Position numbers and translations under genes: made by a program
The notes under the pieces: model-generated
What the model saw: only the letters and a program-made list of their open reading frames with translations
The model's database searches: none
What the model was told of the DNA's origin: nothing
Assembly: GCA_963745075.1 (NCBI GenBank)
Contig: CAVUWV010000027.1
Span: 128,001-192,000, forward strand
Source of the DNA: Candidatus Hydrogenedentota bacterium
GTDB lineage: Bacteria > Hydrogenedentota > Hydrogenedentia > Hydrogenedentales > SLHB01
Direction: 5' to 3'
DNA: 64,000 nucleotides
Shown: in pieces, positions 50,734-61,135 of the stretch
Position numbering within the stretch: position 1 is the stretch's first letter
Layout: each line of letters starts with the position of its first letter

Positions 50734-51969
50734 ATGGCAGAGTACAAATTCATCAAAGTGCCGGAAGGCGAACGCATTACGAAAAAGGATGGGGGCAAAC
50801 TCGATACGCCGGATAAGCCTATCGTTGCCTTTATCGAAGGCGACGGCACCGGGCCGGACATCTGGCACGCGTCGAAATTGGTGTTCGACGCCGCCGTGAA
50901 GCATTGCTACGGCGGGAAGCGCGAAATCGCCTGGATGGAAATTTACGCCGGCGAGAAGGCGAACCAGCATTGCGGCAGCTACCTCCCCGACGAAACCCTC
51001 GACGCGATCGAGGAGTACCACGTCGCCATCAAGGGACCGCTCACGACTCCCGTGGGCGGCGGATTTCGCAGCCTAAATGTGACCTTGAGGCAGAAGTTGG
51101 ACCTCTTTGCGTGCGTCCGTCCGGTCCGCTACTTCGAAGGTGTCCCCAGCCCCGTGCGCGAACCCAGCAAGGTCGACATGGTCATCTTCCGCGAGAACAC
51201 GGAAGACGTGTATGCAGGTTTCGAAGTTCAGGAAGGTACGAGCGAGGCCGCGAGACTCCTTGAATTCCTGAAAAAGGAGTTTGGATGGAGTATCCGGCCC
51301 GATTCCGGGCTCGGAGTCAAGCCGATCAGCGTCACGGGGTCCAAGCGCCTGGTTCGCGCTGCCATCAACTTTGCCGTTCAACACCAGCGCAAGTCGGTGA
51401 CGCTCGTTCACAAGGGCAACATCATGAAATTCACCGAGGGCGCCTTCCGCCAGTGGGGGTATGACCTCGTCAAAGAAGAATTCTCGGATGTCGCCGTCGG
51501 ATGGGACGATTGCAACGGCCAACCGGGCGATAAGATCCTGGTAAAAGACACGATTGCAGACATCTTCCTGCAGCAGATCCTCACGCGGCCCGACGAATTT
51601 GACGTGGTCGCCACCATGAACCTCAACGGGGACTTCATGAGCGACGCGTTGGCGGCCCAGGTCGGCGGAATCGGCATCGCTCCCGGCGCCAACATCAACT
51701 ACGAGACCGGAACCGCCATTTTCGAGGCGACTCATGGCACCGCCCCGAAGTACGCCAACCAGGATAAAGTCAATCCCAGCAGCGTGATCCTCTCGGGTAT
51801 CATGATGTTCGAGCACATGGGATGGACCGAGGTTGCGGACGCGGTCATCGGCTCCATGATTAAGACCTTCCGCGAAAAACGCGTAACTTATGACTTGGCC
51901 CGTCTCATGGATGGCGCCCAACTCCTTAAATGCAGCGAGTTTGGAAAAGCGCTGGTAGAGAATCTGTAA
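50734..51969 (+). CDS. icd: NADP-dependent isocitrate dehydrogenase
   Basis: [57 protein letters not shown]. Confidence 0.97.
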   Translation: MAEYKFIKVPEGERITKKDGGKLDTPDKPIVAFIEGDGTGPDIWHASKLVFDAAVKHCYGGKREIAWMEIYAGEKANQHCGSYLPDETLDAIEEYHVAIKGPLTTPVGGGFRSLNVTLRQKLDLFACVRPVRYFEGVPSPVREPSKVDMVIFRENTEDVYAGFEVQEGTSEAARLLEFLKKEFGWSIRPDSGLGVKPISVTGSKRLVRAAINFAVQHQRKSVTLVHKGNIMKFTEGAFRQWGYDLVKEEFSDVAVGWDDCNGQPGDKILVKDTIADIFLQQILTRPDEFDVVATMNLNGDFMSDALAAQVGGIGIAPGANINYETGTAIFEATHGTAPKYANQDKVNPSSVILSGIMMFEHMGWTEVADAVIGSMIKTFREKRVTYDLARLMDGAQLLKCSEFGKALVENL

Positions 51970-51979
51970 ATCGTCGTTA

Positions 51980-52011
51980 CCCACCGCGGCCGGACTCCCG
52001 GCCGCGGTGGG
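51980..52011 (+). terminator. Perfect 14-bp hairpin after icd (terminator or stabilising stem)
   Basis: CCCACCGCGGCCGG-ACTC-CCGGCCGCGGTGGG; no clear U-tract. Confidence 0.55.
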
Positions 52012-52133
52012 AACCTTCCTGGCAAAGCGCACGCCAATCTGCGTGGTCGACATCTGATTGCGTTATCTCTTTACACAAATCCTGCTTGTTCGCAAAAATC
52101 TCACCCGGTATCACATATAGCGGGTTTTATTGA

Positions 52134-52162
52134 TTGACGAAAACTATAAAAAATGGTACACT
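52134..52162 (+). promoter_or_regulatory. Sigma70-type promoter
   Basis: TTGACG-17 nt-TACACT with an extended -10 TG. Confidence 0.6.
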
Positions 52163-52196
52163 GCTTCCGGTTGCCAATTAACGGGGAGAGTGGATC

Positions 52197-52940
52197 ATGC
52201 CGACAACGATGGGTGCGGATGTGGAAGTTGATCCGGATTTTGCGCAAGAACGCTACACGCGAATATTCCGATATGCCCAAATCGGCCGGTGCGTAAGCAG
52301 CGTAACGCACGACTTGAACAACTATCTCGGGGCAATCATGGCCTATGCCGAGTTGGTCGGCATGGACAGCAACCTGACGGAAGAGTCGAACCGCATGCTC
52401 GGCGAAATCGTCGGCGCAGTTCGAAAATCGAGTACCCTCGTCAATAACCTCACCGATGTTGCCCGGAAAGAACGGGCCGACATCCGCATCATCGATCCGG
52501 CAAATCTCATGGAGCGGGTCCTCGATCTGAGGCGTTACGACATGAAAGTCGGCCACGTCACGTTGGCAACGGAATACGCGCCGGACCTTGCGAGTCTCAC
52601 CGTCGACTTGCCCAAAATGCAGCAGGCCCTGATGTACCTGGTTTCCAACGCAATCGAGGCTGTCGAATCGGAAAGGGTCAAACGGCTGGACGTTCGCGTT
52701 CATATGGACGACCGGTACGTCGTAATCTGTTTCCGAGATTCCGCACCGCAGATCCCGAACGATCTTCGGGACCAGGTCTTCGATCCCTATTTTACAACCA
52801 AGGGCGTCGATCACGCCGGTTTGGGGTTGACGACGGCGCGAAGCACCGTGGAAGCTCACAACGGGGAGCTGAACTACAATCCCGATGACGGGTTCGTGAT
52901 TCGGCTTCCGCTCGAAAACCATTACTCCAAAGCCGGTTAG
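52197..52940 (+). CDS. Sensor-less histidine kinase-like protein (HisKA + HATPase)
   Basis: H-box THDLNN, N-box SNAIEA, F-box FDPYFTTK, G2 GLGL; G1 box reads DSAPQI. Confidence 0.85.
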   Translation: MPTTMGADVEVDPDFAQERYTRIFRYAQIGRCVSSVTHDLNNYLGAIMAYAELVGMDSNLTEESNRMLGEIVGAVRKSSTLVNNLTDVARKERADIRIIDPANLMERVLDLRRYDMKVGHVTLATEYAPDLASLTVDLPKMQQALMYLVSNAIEAVESERVKRLDVRVHMDDRYVVICFRDSAPQIPNDLRDQVFDPYFTTKGVDHAGLGLTTARSTVEAHNGELNYNPDDGFVIRLPLENHYSKAG

Positions 52941-53143
52941 TCCAGAGCGTCACATTCCACGCCAGCAACGTTGCGGAAAACACGTTGCGGTTGACGAGTA
53001 TGGTGCACCGTTCACAGGCCGTTTCGCGCCAAACCGGCAAAACCACTTCCGTTGTCCGTAAGTACAAGCGCGTTGATTCCATTCCAAATCGCATAGTATT
53101 GTACCCGCGCGTGCTGTGGCGACGGCGAGTCCTTGGAGGCAGT

Positions 53144-54073
53144 ATGGAAGAAAACAACCCGGAGATTTCGGTAGTCATTCCGGTGTTCAATGAGGAACCC
53201 AATCTCCAGGAGTTATTCCGCCGCACGGTGGAAACCCTCGAAGCGACCGGCCGTACCTTCGAAATCGTCGCCGTCGACGACGGCAGCACCGACGGAAGCC
53301 TCCCGTTCCTGAAGAAGTTTCGTGAGGTTGACGAGCGCCTGCGCATTGTCTGTTTGGCCCGGAATTTCGGACAAAGTCCCGCGTTGTACGCTGGATTCGC
53401 CTATGTGCGCGGCAAGATTATTGCCATGCTCGATGCCGATCTCCAGAATCCTCCCGAAGATTTGCCGAAGCTGATTGCGAAAATCGACGAAGGATACGAT
53501 TTTGTCAGCGGATGGCGCCGGTGCCGGCAAGACTCCTATTTCCGGACCCTTCCGTCGCGTTATCTCAATTATCTGGTCAACGTGTCTACCAAGTCGCGCT
53601 TTCACGACGTTGGCTGCTGCTTGAAGGCGTTTCGACGCGAGGTCACGCAACATCTCATCCAATTCACACACCGGTCGCGTTACATCGCGGTCGATGTAGC
53701 GTGGCTGGGAGTACGTGCCACCGAGGTCGAGGTCGGTCACGGCGAGCGGGCCGCGGGCAAGAGCAAGTATGGTTTATTTAAGTTGTTCCGAACCGGGTTC
53801 GATCTGGTTACCAGTGTGACAGCGGCGCCCCTTCAGTTCTTTGGGCTCATCGGTTGGTTGTTCGCCTTGGTGGGCTTTGGCATGGGGATTCGCCTCGCCT
53901 ATTTTCGATACATGTACGGCGAGTTGAATCAGTTTATTACGGTAATCGCCATTTTTTTCTTTCTATTCGGCATGCAGATGACCGCCACCGGCTTGATGTG
54001 CGAGTACATCAGCCGAATCTACATCGAAGTGCAGAATCGTCCCTACTACGTCGTTAAAGAGGTGGTCGAATAG
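53144..54073 (+). CDS. ArnC/GtrB-like polyprenyl-phosphate glycosyltransferase (GT2)
   Basis: SVVIPVFNEE, DDGSTD, RNFGQ, DADLQNPPE, two C-terminal TM helices, EYISRIY.EVQNRPYY; ATG 53144 follows GGAGG. Confidence 0.9.
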   Translation: MEENNPEISVVIPVFNEEPNLQELFRRTVETLEATGRTFEIVAVDDGSTDGSLPFLKKFREVDERLRIVCLARNFGQSPALYAGFAYVRGKIIAMLDADLQNPPEDLPKLIAKIDEGYDFVSGWRRCRQDSYFRTLPSRYLNYLVNVSTKSRFHDVGCCLKAFRREVTQHLIQFTHRSRYIAVDVAWLGVRATEVEVGHGERAAGKSKYGLFKLFRTGFDLVTSVTAAPLQFFGLIGWLFALVGFGMGIRLAYFRYMYGELNQFITVIAIFFFLFGMQMTATGLMCEYISRIYIEVQNRPYYVVKEVVE

Positions 54074-54090
54074 GCGGAATCAGTCCGCCT

Positions 54091-55317
54091 CTATGCGCAT
54101 GTGGACCCTTCGTGTGGAACGGTTTCAATGTGAACGCGCGCTGCCCCTTCGCTTGCGGTAGCCTGAGCGGCCTTGGCGTCGTGCCCGAATGCGATGACAT
54201 AGCCCACACGGTGATCACTGTTCTCCAATGCGTGCACGACGCTGCCGGCCGAAAGACTACAGACGACTTCCTCCACACCCGCCATGCTACGCGCGTCTTC
54301 CAGACCCGAAATGCGTGTCACCACGCCGGGTTCCGGCGTGAGAAAGCGGATGGCTGCCCCACGCGATACCGTGGGCTCCAGGCTTGGCGGTTCTCCCATG
54401 GCGATTGCAACAGCGGCACGGTTCAGGTTCACGCCGGTTGCGAGGGGCACCAGGTGAGACGCAATGCACCCGCCGCCCAAGCGAGCGCCAAGTTCGACCA
54501 GTTTAATACCGTTTGCGGTGACGAACATTTCCGCATGAAGCGCACACGTATCCAGGTTGAAGCATCGCGCGATTGCCTCCACTGCGTCCCGCAGACCGTT
54601 TTGTACGTCGTGGGAAAGGCTCGACGGCACCACGTGCGCGATCTCGACACAGTATGGCGGCGCGGTCGTGGTCTTGTCCGTGATGGCGACGATCCGCGCT
54701 GTGCCGCTCGTGACTATACCTTCCACACTGACCTCGCGCCCGCTCAACAGCTCCTCAGCCAGAACCACGCCGGAAGGGGAGAAGCGCTTGGCGTAGCGGA
54801 ACGCGGCGACAAGTTCTTCGGCCTTCTGCACGACGAATGCGCCCTTGCTGCCACTGGACTGCACCGGTTTGAGAACGGCCGGCAGACCGCACGCTTCGGG
54901 AATCCCCCGTGCCTGTTCTTCGGATTCGAGCCCGTGAAATCGGGGGCAATACTGCGGCCGTGTGGCTTGTAACTGTTGACGCATCCGTAGCTTGTTGCGG
55001 GATAGTTTCGCCGTTTCCGGATCGATGCCCGGCAGGCCCAGTGCGTGGCAAACCTCCGCACACGGTACAAGGCACGGGTCACTCGCGACCGCGACTACGC
55101 CGTCCACGCGGTATCGGCGGGCCACCTCGATGGCCCGATCCACGTCAAGCGGGTTTACCGCTTCGGCAAAGTCTGCAAGCTGCAGCCCCGGGGCGTTCGG
55201 GTTACCGTCCATTGCCACCACTTCCAGGCCCGCTTCATGGGCATCCCGAATTACGGGTACCTGGAACTGCCCTGCAGGCATGACCAGCACCCGCGGCCTG
55301 CTCCCGGGACTTTTCAA
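54091..55317 (-). CDS. ATP-grasp ligase (L-amino acid ligase-like)
   Basis: NKLRMR, VLKPVQSSGSKG, EELLSGREVSVE, HAEM, VELGARLGG, C-terminal LAL-type domain. Confidence 0.88.
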   Translation of the reverse strand: MKSPGSRPRVLVMPAGQFQVPVIRDAHEAGLEVVAMDGNPNAPGLQLADFAEAVNPLDVDRAIEVARRYRVDGVVAVASDPCLVPCAEVCHALGLPGIDPETAKLSRNKLRMRQQLQATRPQYCPRFHGLESEEQARGIPEACGLPAVLKPVQSSGSKGAFVVQKAEELVAAFRYAKRFSPSGVVLAEELLSGREVSVEGIVTSGTARIVAITDKTTTAPPYCVEIAHVVPSSLSHDVQNGLRDAVEAIARCFNLDTCALHAEMFVTANGIKLVELGARLGGGCIASHLVPLATGVNLNRAAVAIAMGEPPSLEPTVSRGAAIRFLTPEPGVVTRISGLEDARSMAGVEEVVCSLSAGSVVHALENSDHRVGYVIAFGHDAKAAQATASEGAARVHIETVPHEGSTCA

Positions 55318-56111
55318 AGCGCCCCCGGCAAAAGCGAAAGGACGGTGCCCCCGAAAATCTGTTCCTGCTCTTCTGTCGTGAATCCGTGCTCCGTGAGAAT
55401 TGTTTTCGCCATCGCGAAGGTCACCGCCAACGGATCTTGTGGATGGTCGGAACCGTAAATTAGCCGGTTGGCGCCCATGGACTTCAAGACGAACATGAAC
55501 TGGTCTTCAAAGGGCGTCCCGCGAAAATACAGGAGAGACAGGGAGAGGTCGACATAGAGATTGTCGTTTGCTTTTACCATTGCCAAGGCGTCCAGGAATC
55601 GGAAACCGCCCGCGTGGCACATGATCACTTTGGCTTCCGGGACCTGTTTGCACAGATTGTCGATGTGAAACGGCAGTTGCGTATGCAAGGGCGTAGGTTT
55701 CCAGAGATAGGCGTCGATGGCCACCGGGATCCCCAGTTCCGCCGCCCGGCGCACCACCGGAACGACACAAGGGTCGTCGGCTGCAAAGCCCATGAAACGG
55801 GGATGCAGCTTCAGGCCCTGCAAGTTATACGCGCGCACGTCGCGTTCCAACATGTCCGCGGCCTCGGCTGATTCCCGTGGATTCACCGAGGCAAACCCGA
55901 CTAGTTGGTCCGGATACCGTTCGCAGCATTCGTGGACGAACTCGTTCGAGGTCCGCTTGACGTGCGGCGTATCCGCCGCGATCGGGAATAGTATTGCCTT
56001 ATCGACGGGACTATCCGCTAGGTTTTGAACGAGGCATTCCAGGGTGGCGTCGTAGCGGACGCCAAACCCGTCCTTTTCCGGATGCACAAAGGTATGCGCA
56101 TCGATGATCAT
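55314..56111 (-). CDS. Amidohydrolase family 2 protein
   Basis: MIIDAHT, GFASVNP, GLKLHP, CHAGG, YVDLS, LIYGSDHP. Confidence 0.88.
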   Translation of the reverse strand: MIIDAHTFVHPEKDGFGVRYDATLECLVQNLADSPVDKAILFPIAADTPHVKRTSNEFVHECCERYPDQLVGFASVNPRESAEAADMLERDVRAYNLQGLKLHPRFMGFAADDPCVVPVVRRAAELGIPVAIDAYLWKPTPLHTQLPFHIDNLCKQVPEAKVIMCHAGGFRFLDALAMVKANDNLYVDLSLSLLYFRGTPFEDQFMFVLKSMGANRLIYGSDHPQDPLAVTFAMAKTILTEHGFTTEEQEQIFGGTVLSLLPGAL

Positions 56112-56201
56112 AGTGGTCACTCCTGTCGGTAACCCGAATAATCTCAAGCCCTGCGCGGTTCGAACGCTGCCCGGTTAACATCGCCCCGCGATCCGTTTCG
56201 A

Positions 56202-58376
56202 TCAGAACTTGCTGTTGGCGAACACTTTCTTCAGCGCATCCACCACTTCTTTCACATTGCGGTCCGTCACGCGCGGATGCAGCGGCAGCGAAAGAATGGC
56301 GTCCGAGGCGGCCGAAGCATGGGGGAGGGCCTGCGAGGGAAGATCGAGGACTTCCCGATAGTACCGGTGCCGGTGGATGGCGACGAAGTGCACGCCGGTC
56401 CCCACGTTTTCCAGGCGCAACGCCTGGACGATGGAATCCCTATCGGTGGAAAGCTTGTCTAATCGCAAACGCACGATCATCAAGTGCCATGCATGGTCCG
56501 CATCCGCACACGCCGACGGCAGTTCAATCTCATCAATCGTGCCGAGCACGCTGCGGTAGATTCGGGCCAACCGCCGGCGCGCAGCGAGAAATCCGTCGAG
56601 TTTTTCCAACTGAGCCAGCCCCATCGCGGCGCTGACGTTCGTCATATTGTATTTGAAGCCGGGAGCGACCACTTCCGGGCTCGCCGCGGGCGCTTCACCG
56701 CTGTAGCGGTTCCAGGCGTGGGTGCTGAGTCCGTTGTGGGCCAGCACGCGCAGTTGATGGGCCTGCTCCTCGTCCGGCAGTGCGATCATGCCACCTTCGA
56801 TGGTCGTGATGTTCTTTACCGGGTAGAAGCTGAAACAGGCCGGGCCTTCGAGGCTACCGATGGGGCGTCCCCGGTACGATGCGCCTAGTGCATGGGCGGC
56901 ATCTTCGACGATCGGAATGTTGTGCTTGCGGCCAATGGCGTAGATAGCGTCCAGGTCGCACGGCTGGCCGGCGAGATGGACCGGCACGATCGCCCTCGTC
57001 CGCTCCGTGATGGCGGTCTCCACCGCTTCCGGATCGACGTTCAGCGTATCCGGCTGTATGTCTGCCAGGACCAGCTTGGCGCCCATGTTGACGATGGTGT
57101 TTGCCGTGGACACCCACGTCAGCGGCGACGTGATGACTTCGTCGCCGGGTTTCACTCCCGCCTGTACAAGGCACAGGTGCAACGCCGCCGTGCACGATGA
57201 GACGGCCACCGCGTGGGACGCCGAGACCCGGCCGGCAAAGGCCCGCTCGAATTCGGTTACCTTGGCGCCGGTCGTCAGCCAACCGCTTCGCAAGACCTCG
57301 AGGACCGCCGCTTCCTCTTCTTTGCCGATGGACGGCGGCGAGAGCGGAATGAACCGGGCCGCAACCGGTTCGCCGCCCTGCGACACGGGTGTGGCGAGCA
57401 ATTCCTTCATGCGTCGCACGTTGAAATGGATCGTCGCAAAGGGGTCGATTCGCTCGTCCTGCAAATTCTCCCGGATTTCCTCCGCGCCGCGGTCCGCAGT
57501 CCACTCCGCGTCGAACCCGAGGACGCGCTTTATTTTGTTGAACTGGACGTGGTAGCTGCGGAGGTCCTCGTCGTCCTTCACAACTTCGAGCCGGACATCC
57601 TGGAACATGGCGAGAATTCGCTTGGCCAGGTCGATAATCTGATAATTGATGGCGTCCGCCCCGAGATTGAAGATCTCTCCGCTCACGACTTTGGCGGGCG
57701 CCTCCGTCATGACGATCAGGGCCCGGGCGGCATCACGGACGTGGATGAATGGCCGCCACTGTTTCCCCCCGCCGTAGACGTTAATGCGGCCGTTGCGCAT
57801 GGCTGTCGCCACCATGAGGTTGATGGCGAGGTCAAACCGCATGCGCGGCGACCATCCGAAGAGCGTGGCGGGCCGGGCGATGACAGGTTCAAAACTGGCC
57901 GACATCCGCTCAAGAAGGATTCGCTCCGACCCCAGCTTACTCTCCGCGTAGACGGATATGGGATTCGTCGGACTCCCTTCGTCGAGGATCTCGAACATGC
58001 CTCTCCCGTAGACGCTGCACGACGACGCCAGAACGAAACGGCGCACGCCATAGGTCAAGGCCATATCCGCAATGCGCTCCGTACTCGCCAGATTCACATC
58101 CAGGGCCATTTCCGGGTCCAGGTCGCACGAGGGATCATTCGCCAGTCCGGCGAGGTGAATGATTGCGTCGGCGCCGTCGAACAGCTCTGGGAAGTCGGCG
58201 ATGCGGCGGATATCGCCGCGGACGAAAGTGCAACCGGGCAGCGCATTCAACGCTTCCGTTACGTTTTCACCAAAACATAAGCGGTCGAGAATTCGGACTT
58301 CATGACCTTTTTCCACGAGCTGCCGGACCACATGGTTTCCCAGATATCCGGCGCCACCCGTCACCACAACGCGCAT
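56202..58376 (-). CDS. Fusion of an NAD-dependent sugar epimerase/dehydratase and a DegT/DnrJ PLP aminotransferase
   Basis: N-half TGGAGYLG, SSCSVYG, YAESK; C-half SGWLTTG, SSCTAALH, VEDAAHA, SFYPVKNITTIEGG (PLP lysine); single 724-aa ORF. Confidence 0.92.
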   Translation of the reverse strand: MRVVVTGGAGYLGNHVVRQLVEKGHEVRILDRLCFGENVTEALNALPGCTFVRGDIRRIADFPELFDGADAIIHLAGLANDPSCDLDPEMALDVNLASTERIADMALTYGVRRFVLASSCSVYGRGMFEILDEGSPTNPISVYAESKLGSERILLERMSASFEPVIARPATLFGWSPRMRFDLAINLMVATAMRNGRINVYGGGKQWRPFIHVRDAARALIVMTEAPAKVVSGEIFNLGADAINYQIIDLAKRILAMFQDVRLEVVKDDEDLRSYHVQFNKIKRVLGFDAEWTADRGAEEIRENLQDERIDPFATIHFNVRRMKELLATPVSQGGEPVAARFIPLSPPSIGKEEEAAVLEVLRSGWLTTGAKVTEFERAFAGRVSASHAVAVSSCTAALHLCLVQAGVKPGDEVITSPLTWVSTANTIVNMGAKLVLADIQPDTLNVDPEAVETAITERTRAIVPVHLAGQPCDLDAIYAIGRKHNIPIVEDAAHALGASYRGRPIGSLEGPACFSFYPVKNITTIEGGMIALPDEEQAHQLRVLAHNGLSTHAWNRYSGEAPAASPEVVAPGFKYNMTNVSAAMGLAQLEKLDGFLAARRRLARIYRSVLGTIDEIELPSACADADHAWHLMIVRLRLDKLSTDRDSIVQALRLENVGTGVHFVAIHRHRYYREVLDLPSQALPHASAASDAILSLPLHPRVTDRNVKEVVDALKKVFANSKF

Positions 58377-58473
58377 TGTCTATCGCTCCCGGAAGTTGCG
58401 GAGTTTACGAGGGCGAGGTCCCGAAACCTCGATTGCAGGTTACCTTCCCCTCATGACCTTGTATATCAGCGGC

Positions 58474-58502
58474 TTGACTATAGCTGGGCAGGCTGTTAGC
58501 AT
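58474..58502 (+). promoter_or_regulatory. Sigma70-type promoter
   Basis: TTGACT-17 nt-TAGCAT upstream of the response regulator. Confidence 0.45.
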
Positions 58503-58596
58503 CAAATCTTTAGGAGCCCGCAAACCGTGCAATACCGGAAATCGTGGCATCGGTGCAGGCCCACTGGGTTCCGGGCCCGCCACAGTAGGTGAGACA

Positions 58597-59211
58597 ATGT
58601 CTGAAGCAAAGAACCGTGTGTTCACCAGTGGGGAAGTAGCAGCAATTTGCGGCGTGTCGCCGGATACGGTGTCGCGTTGGTTCGATCTTGGACAGATTGA
58701 GGGCTATCGGCTGGGGCCGGGCGGCGACCGGCGCATTCCGTACGAAAGCCTCCGTCAGTTCATGCTCAGCCATGGCATTCCGCTCGAACGGCTCGAGGAG
58801 GGCGAGAAACGTGTGCTGGTGGTGGACGACGACCCCTACTATCTGGACGTGATCCCGGCGGCGCTGGCGAAATCGGGCGATTACAAGGTGTTTGTCGCAT
58901 CGACCGGGTTCGACGCGGGCACCCAGGTCGCCGAACACAACCCGCACGTGATCATTCTCGATATCCACCTCTCCGATATGGACGGGCGGATGGTGTGCGA
59001 ACGGGTGAAAACGCGGGCCGAAACCAAGACGACCCGGATCCTGGCCATTTCAGGCTATATCGATGATGATGAAGCCAAGATGCTGACGGATTACGGGTTC
59101 GACGATTATCTCAAGAAACCCTTTAGTCTGGCCGATTTGTGTTCGCGCGTGGAGCGCTTGATGGAATTGCCGGCGGCGCGGATCGCACGACCCAAGCAGC
59201 CCCACTTCTGA
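58597..59211 (+). CDS. Response regulator with N-terminal excisionase/MerR-like HTH and C-terminal receiver
   Basis: FTSGEVAAICGVSPDTVSRWFD.G...GGDRRI; VLVVDDD, ILD, KKPF; start refined to ATG 58597. Confidence 0.9.
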   Translation: MSEAKNRVFTSGEVAAICGVSPDTVSRWFDLGQIEGYRLGPGGDRRIPYESLRQFMLSHGIPLERLEEGEKRVLVVDDDPYYLDVIPAALAKSGDYKVFVASTGFDAGTQVAEHNPHVIILDIHLSDMDGRMVCERVKTRAETKTTRILAISGYIDDDEAKMLTDYGFDDYLKKPFSLADLCSRVERLMELPAARIARPKQPHF

Positions 59212-59225
59212 CCGCCGGCCGTTCG

Positions 59226-59807
59226 ATGGGATACAGCACGCGAATTGACGATGCTTTTGCTTTTGCCCATCGCGTCCACCGTGACCAGCGCCGCAAAGGT
59301 TCCGGTGCGCCCTTCATCACCCATATCATGTCCGTGGCCGCGCTCGTGGGCGAGTTCGGCGGCAACGAAAACCAGTTCATTGCGGCGCTCCTGCATGACG
59401 CGGTCGAGGACGGGGAAGGGCGCAAAACGCTGACGGAAATCCGGCAAGCCTTCGGGGACCCAATCGGCGACCTCGTGGAAGGGTGCACGGACGCGTTCAC
59501 TCAACCGAAACCCCCCTGGCTCGAACGTAAGAAAAACTTTATCCAGGCGGTTCGCGGCGCATCTCCTGAATTGCGGCTCATTGTCGCGGCCGACAAGCTG
59601 CACAATGTACGTATCATCACGCGGGATTTGCGCGAGGAAGGCCCCCTCGTATGGGAGCGGTTTCAGGGTAAGCGGGACGGAAGCCTCTGGTACTACACCG
59701 AAATCCTGGGTGTTCTTTCCCAGGGATGGGAGCATCCGATTCTCGACGAGTTGGATAAGTCGGTCGCGGTCCTTCAGGCAACGGATCGTCAGTGCTCCAG
59801 TGACTGA
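59226..59807 (+). CDS. HD-domain small alarmone hydrolase-like protein (Mesh1/SAH family)
   Basis: AHRVH.DQRRKG..APFITH, AALLHDAVED, AADKLHN; no synthetase domain. Confidence 0.85.
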   Translation: MGYSTRIDDAFAFAHRVHRDQRRKGSGAPFITHIMSVAALVGEFGGNENQFIAALLHDAVEDGEGRKTLTEIRQAFGDPIGDLVEGCTDAFTQPKPPWLERKKNFIQAVRGASPELRLIVAADKLHNVRIITRDLREEGPLVWERFQGKRDGSLWYYTEILGVLSQGWEHPILDELDKSVAVLQATDRQCSSD

Positions 59808-59953
59808 AGACCCGGATGGGTGGCGGCTCGTGCCAGCGACCCCCGCTTGATTCGGTTTTAGGTCTGGGCTATATTCCTGATTCAGGCACGCGCCCTGTTC
59901 ACTTTCGCAAGATCCCCATGGGAACGGAAAATCCGCGCAGGGAAGGACGGTAA

Positions 59954-61063
59954 ATGGCACGCGTAGAATTGCGAACGGTCCGCAAGGTCTACCCCGGCGG
60001 GGTGGAGGCGGTGAAGTCGGCTTCGCTCGAAGTCCAGGACAAAGAGTTTGTGGTGCTGGTCGGTCCCTCCGGATGTGGCAAGTCCACGACGCTGCGGATG
60101 ATTGCGGGGCTCGAAGAGATTTCGGACGGCGAAATCTTTATCGGCGATACCCTCGTCAACAATGTGCCGCCCAAGAACCGCGATATCGCGATGGTCTTCC
60201 AGAACTACGCCCTCTATCCCCACATGACCGTTTACAAGAACATGGCCTTCGGGCTCATGTTGCGGAAGTATCCCAAGAAAGAGATCGAGCAGCGGGTGCG
60301 GGACGCGGCGCGAATCCTCGGCATCGAGCACCTTCTCGACCGCAAACCCAAGGCCTTGTCAGGCGGCGAGCGGCAGCGTGTGGCAGTGGGACGGGCCATC
60401 GTCCGGCAGCCCAAGGTGTTCCTCTTCGACGAGCCCTTGTCGAACCTGGATGCGAAATTGCGGGTTCAGATGCGCGCGGAGATCAGCAAACTCCACACCC
60501 GCCTTCAGTCCACCATGATCTACGTGACCCACGATCAGGTGGAAGCCATGACGATGGGGGATCGCATCGTGGTGATGCTGGGCGGCGAGATTCAGCAGAT
60601 TGCGAGTCCGCTCGAGCTATACAACCGGCCTGTAAACAAGTTCGTGGCGGGGTTTATTGGGAGCCCTCCGATGAACCTGATTGACGGAACCCTTACCGGT
60701 GAGAACGGCGCGCTCTGGTTTCAGGATAAGAGCAATGCCGTGCGGCTTTCGGTCGCGTCCGCGCACCGGGAAGCGCTGACTGCTTACGAGGGTAAGAACG
60801 TCATATTCGGTATGCGGCCCGAGCATTTCGTCGACAACACCGGTCAGACTCCCAAGGAGGGGAGGAGCATTACGGCGAATGTCGAGGTTGTGGAACCCAT
60901 GGGCTCGGAAATCTACCTCCACCTCGACATCGGCGGAACCATCTGCACCGCCCGCGTGAATACCGACGAAGAGCCACCGGTCAATGAGGCACACGTGATC
61001 GATGTGCTCATGGACAAAGCCCACTATTTCGATCCCGATACGGAAAAGGCCATTGTGCAATAG
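59954..61063 (+). CDS. Carbohydrate ABC transporter ATPase (MalK/MsmX/UgpC family)
   Basis: GPSGCGKS, LSGGERQRVA, DEPLSNLDAKLR, FVAGFIGSPPMN, C-terminal TOBE region; no permease genes in the window. Confidence 0.95.
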   Translation: MARVELRTVRKVYPGGVEAVKSASLEVQDKEFVVLVGPSGCGKSTTLRMIAGLEEISDGEIFIGDTLVNNVPPKNRDIAMVFQNYALYPHMTVYKNMAFGLMLRKYPKKEIEQRVRDAARILGIEHLLDRKPKALSGGERQRVAVGRAIVRQPKVFLFDEPLSNLDAKLRVQMRAEISKLHTRLQSTMIYVTHDQVEAMTMGDRIVVMLGGEIQQIASPLELYNRPVNKFVAGFIGSPPMNLIDGTLTGENGALWFQDKSNAVRLSVASAHREALTAYEGKNVIFGMRPEHFVDNTGQTPKEGRSITANVEVVEPMGSEIYLHLDIGGTICTARVNTDEEPPVNEAHVIDVLMDKAHYFDPDTEKAIVQ

Positions 61064-61135
61064 GGCCGTGGACCCCGCTGCTGTTTCCGTGACTTCCTCA
61101 TATCGTCCGGTACAATCGGACAAACCATTCATCCA

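Noticed and set aside
59226..59807. Toxin-antitoxin (toxSAS) or Cas3-type HD nuclease
   Set aside because: No adjacent alarmone synthetase, helicase or cas genes; motifs fit a stand-alone Mesh1/SAH protein.
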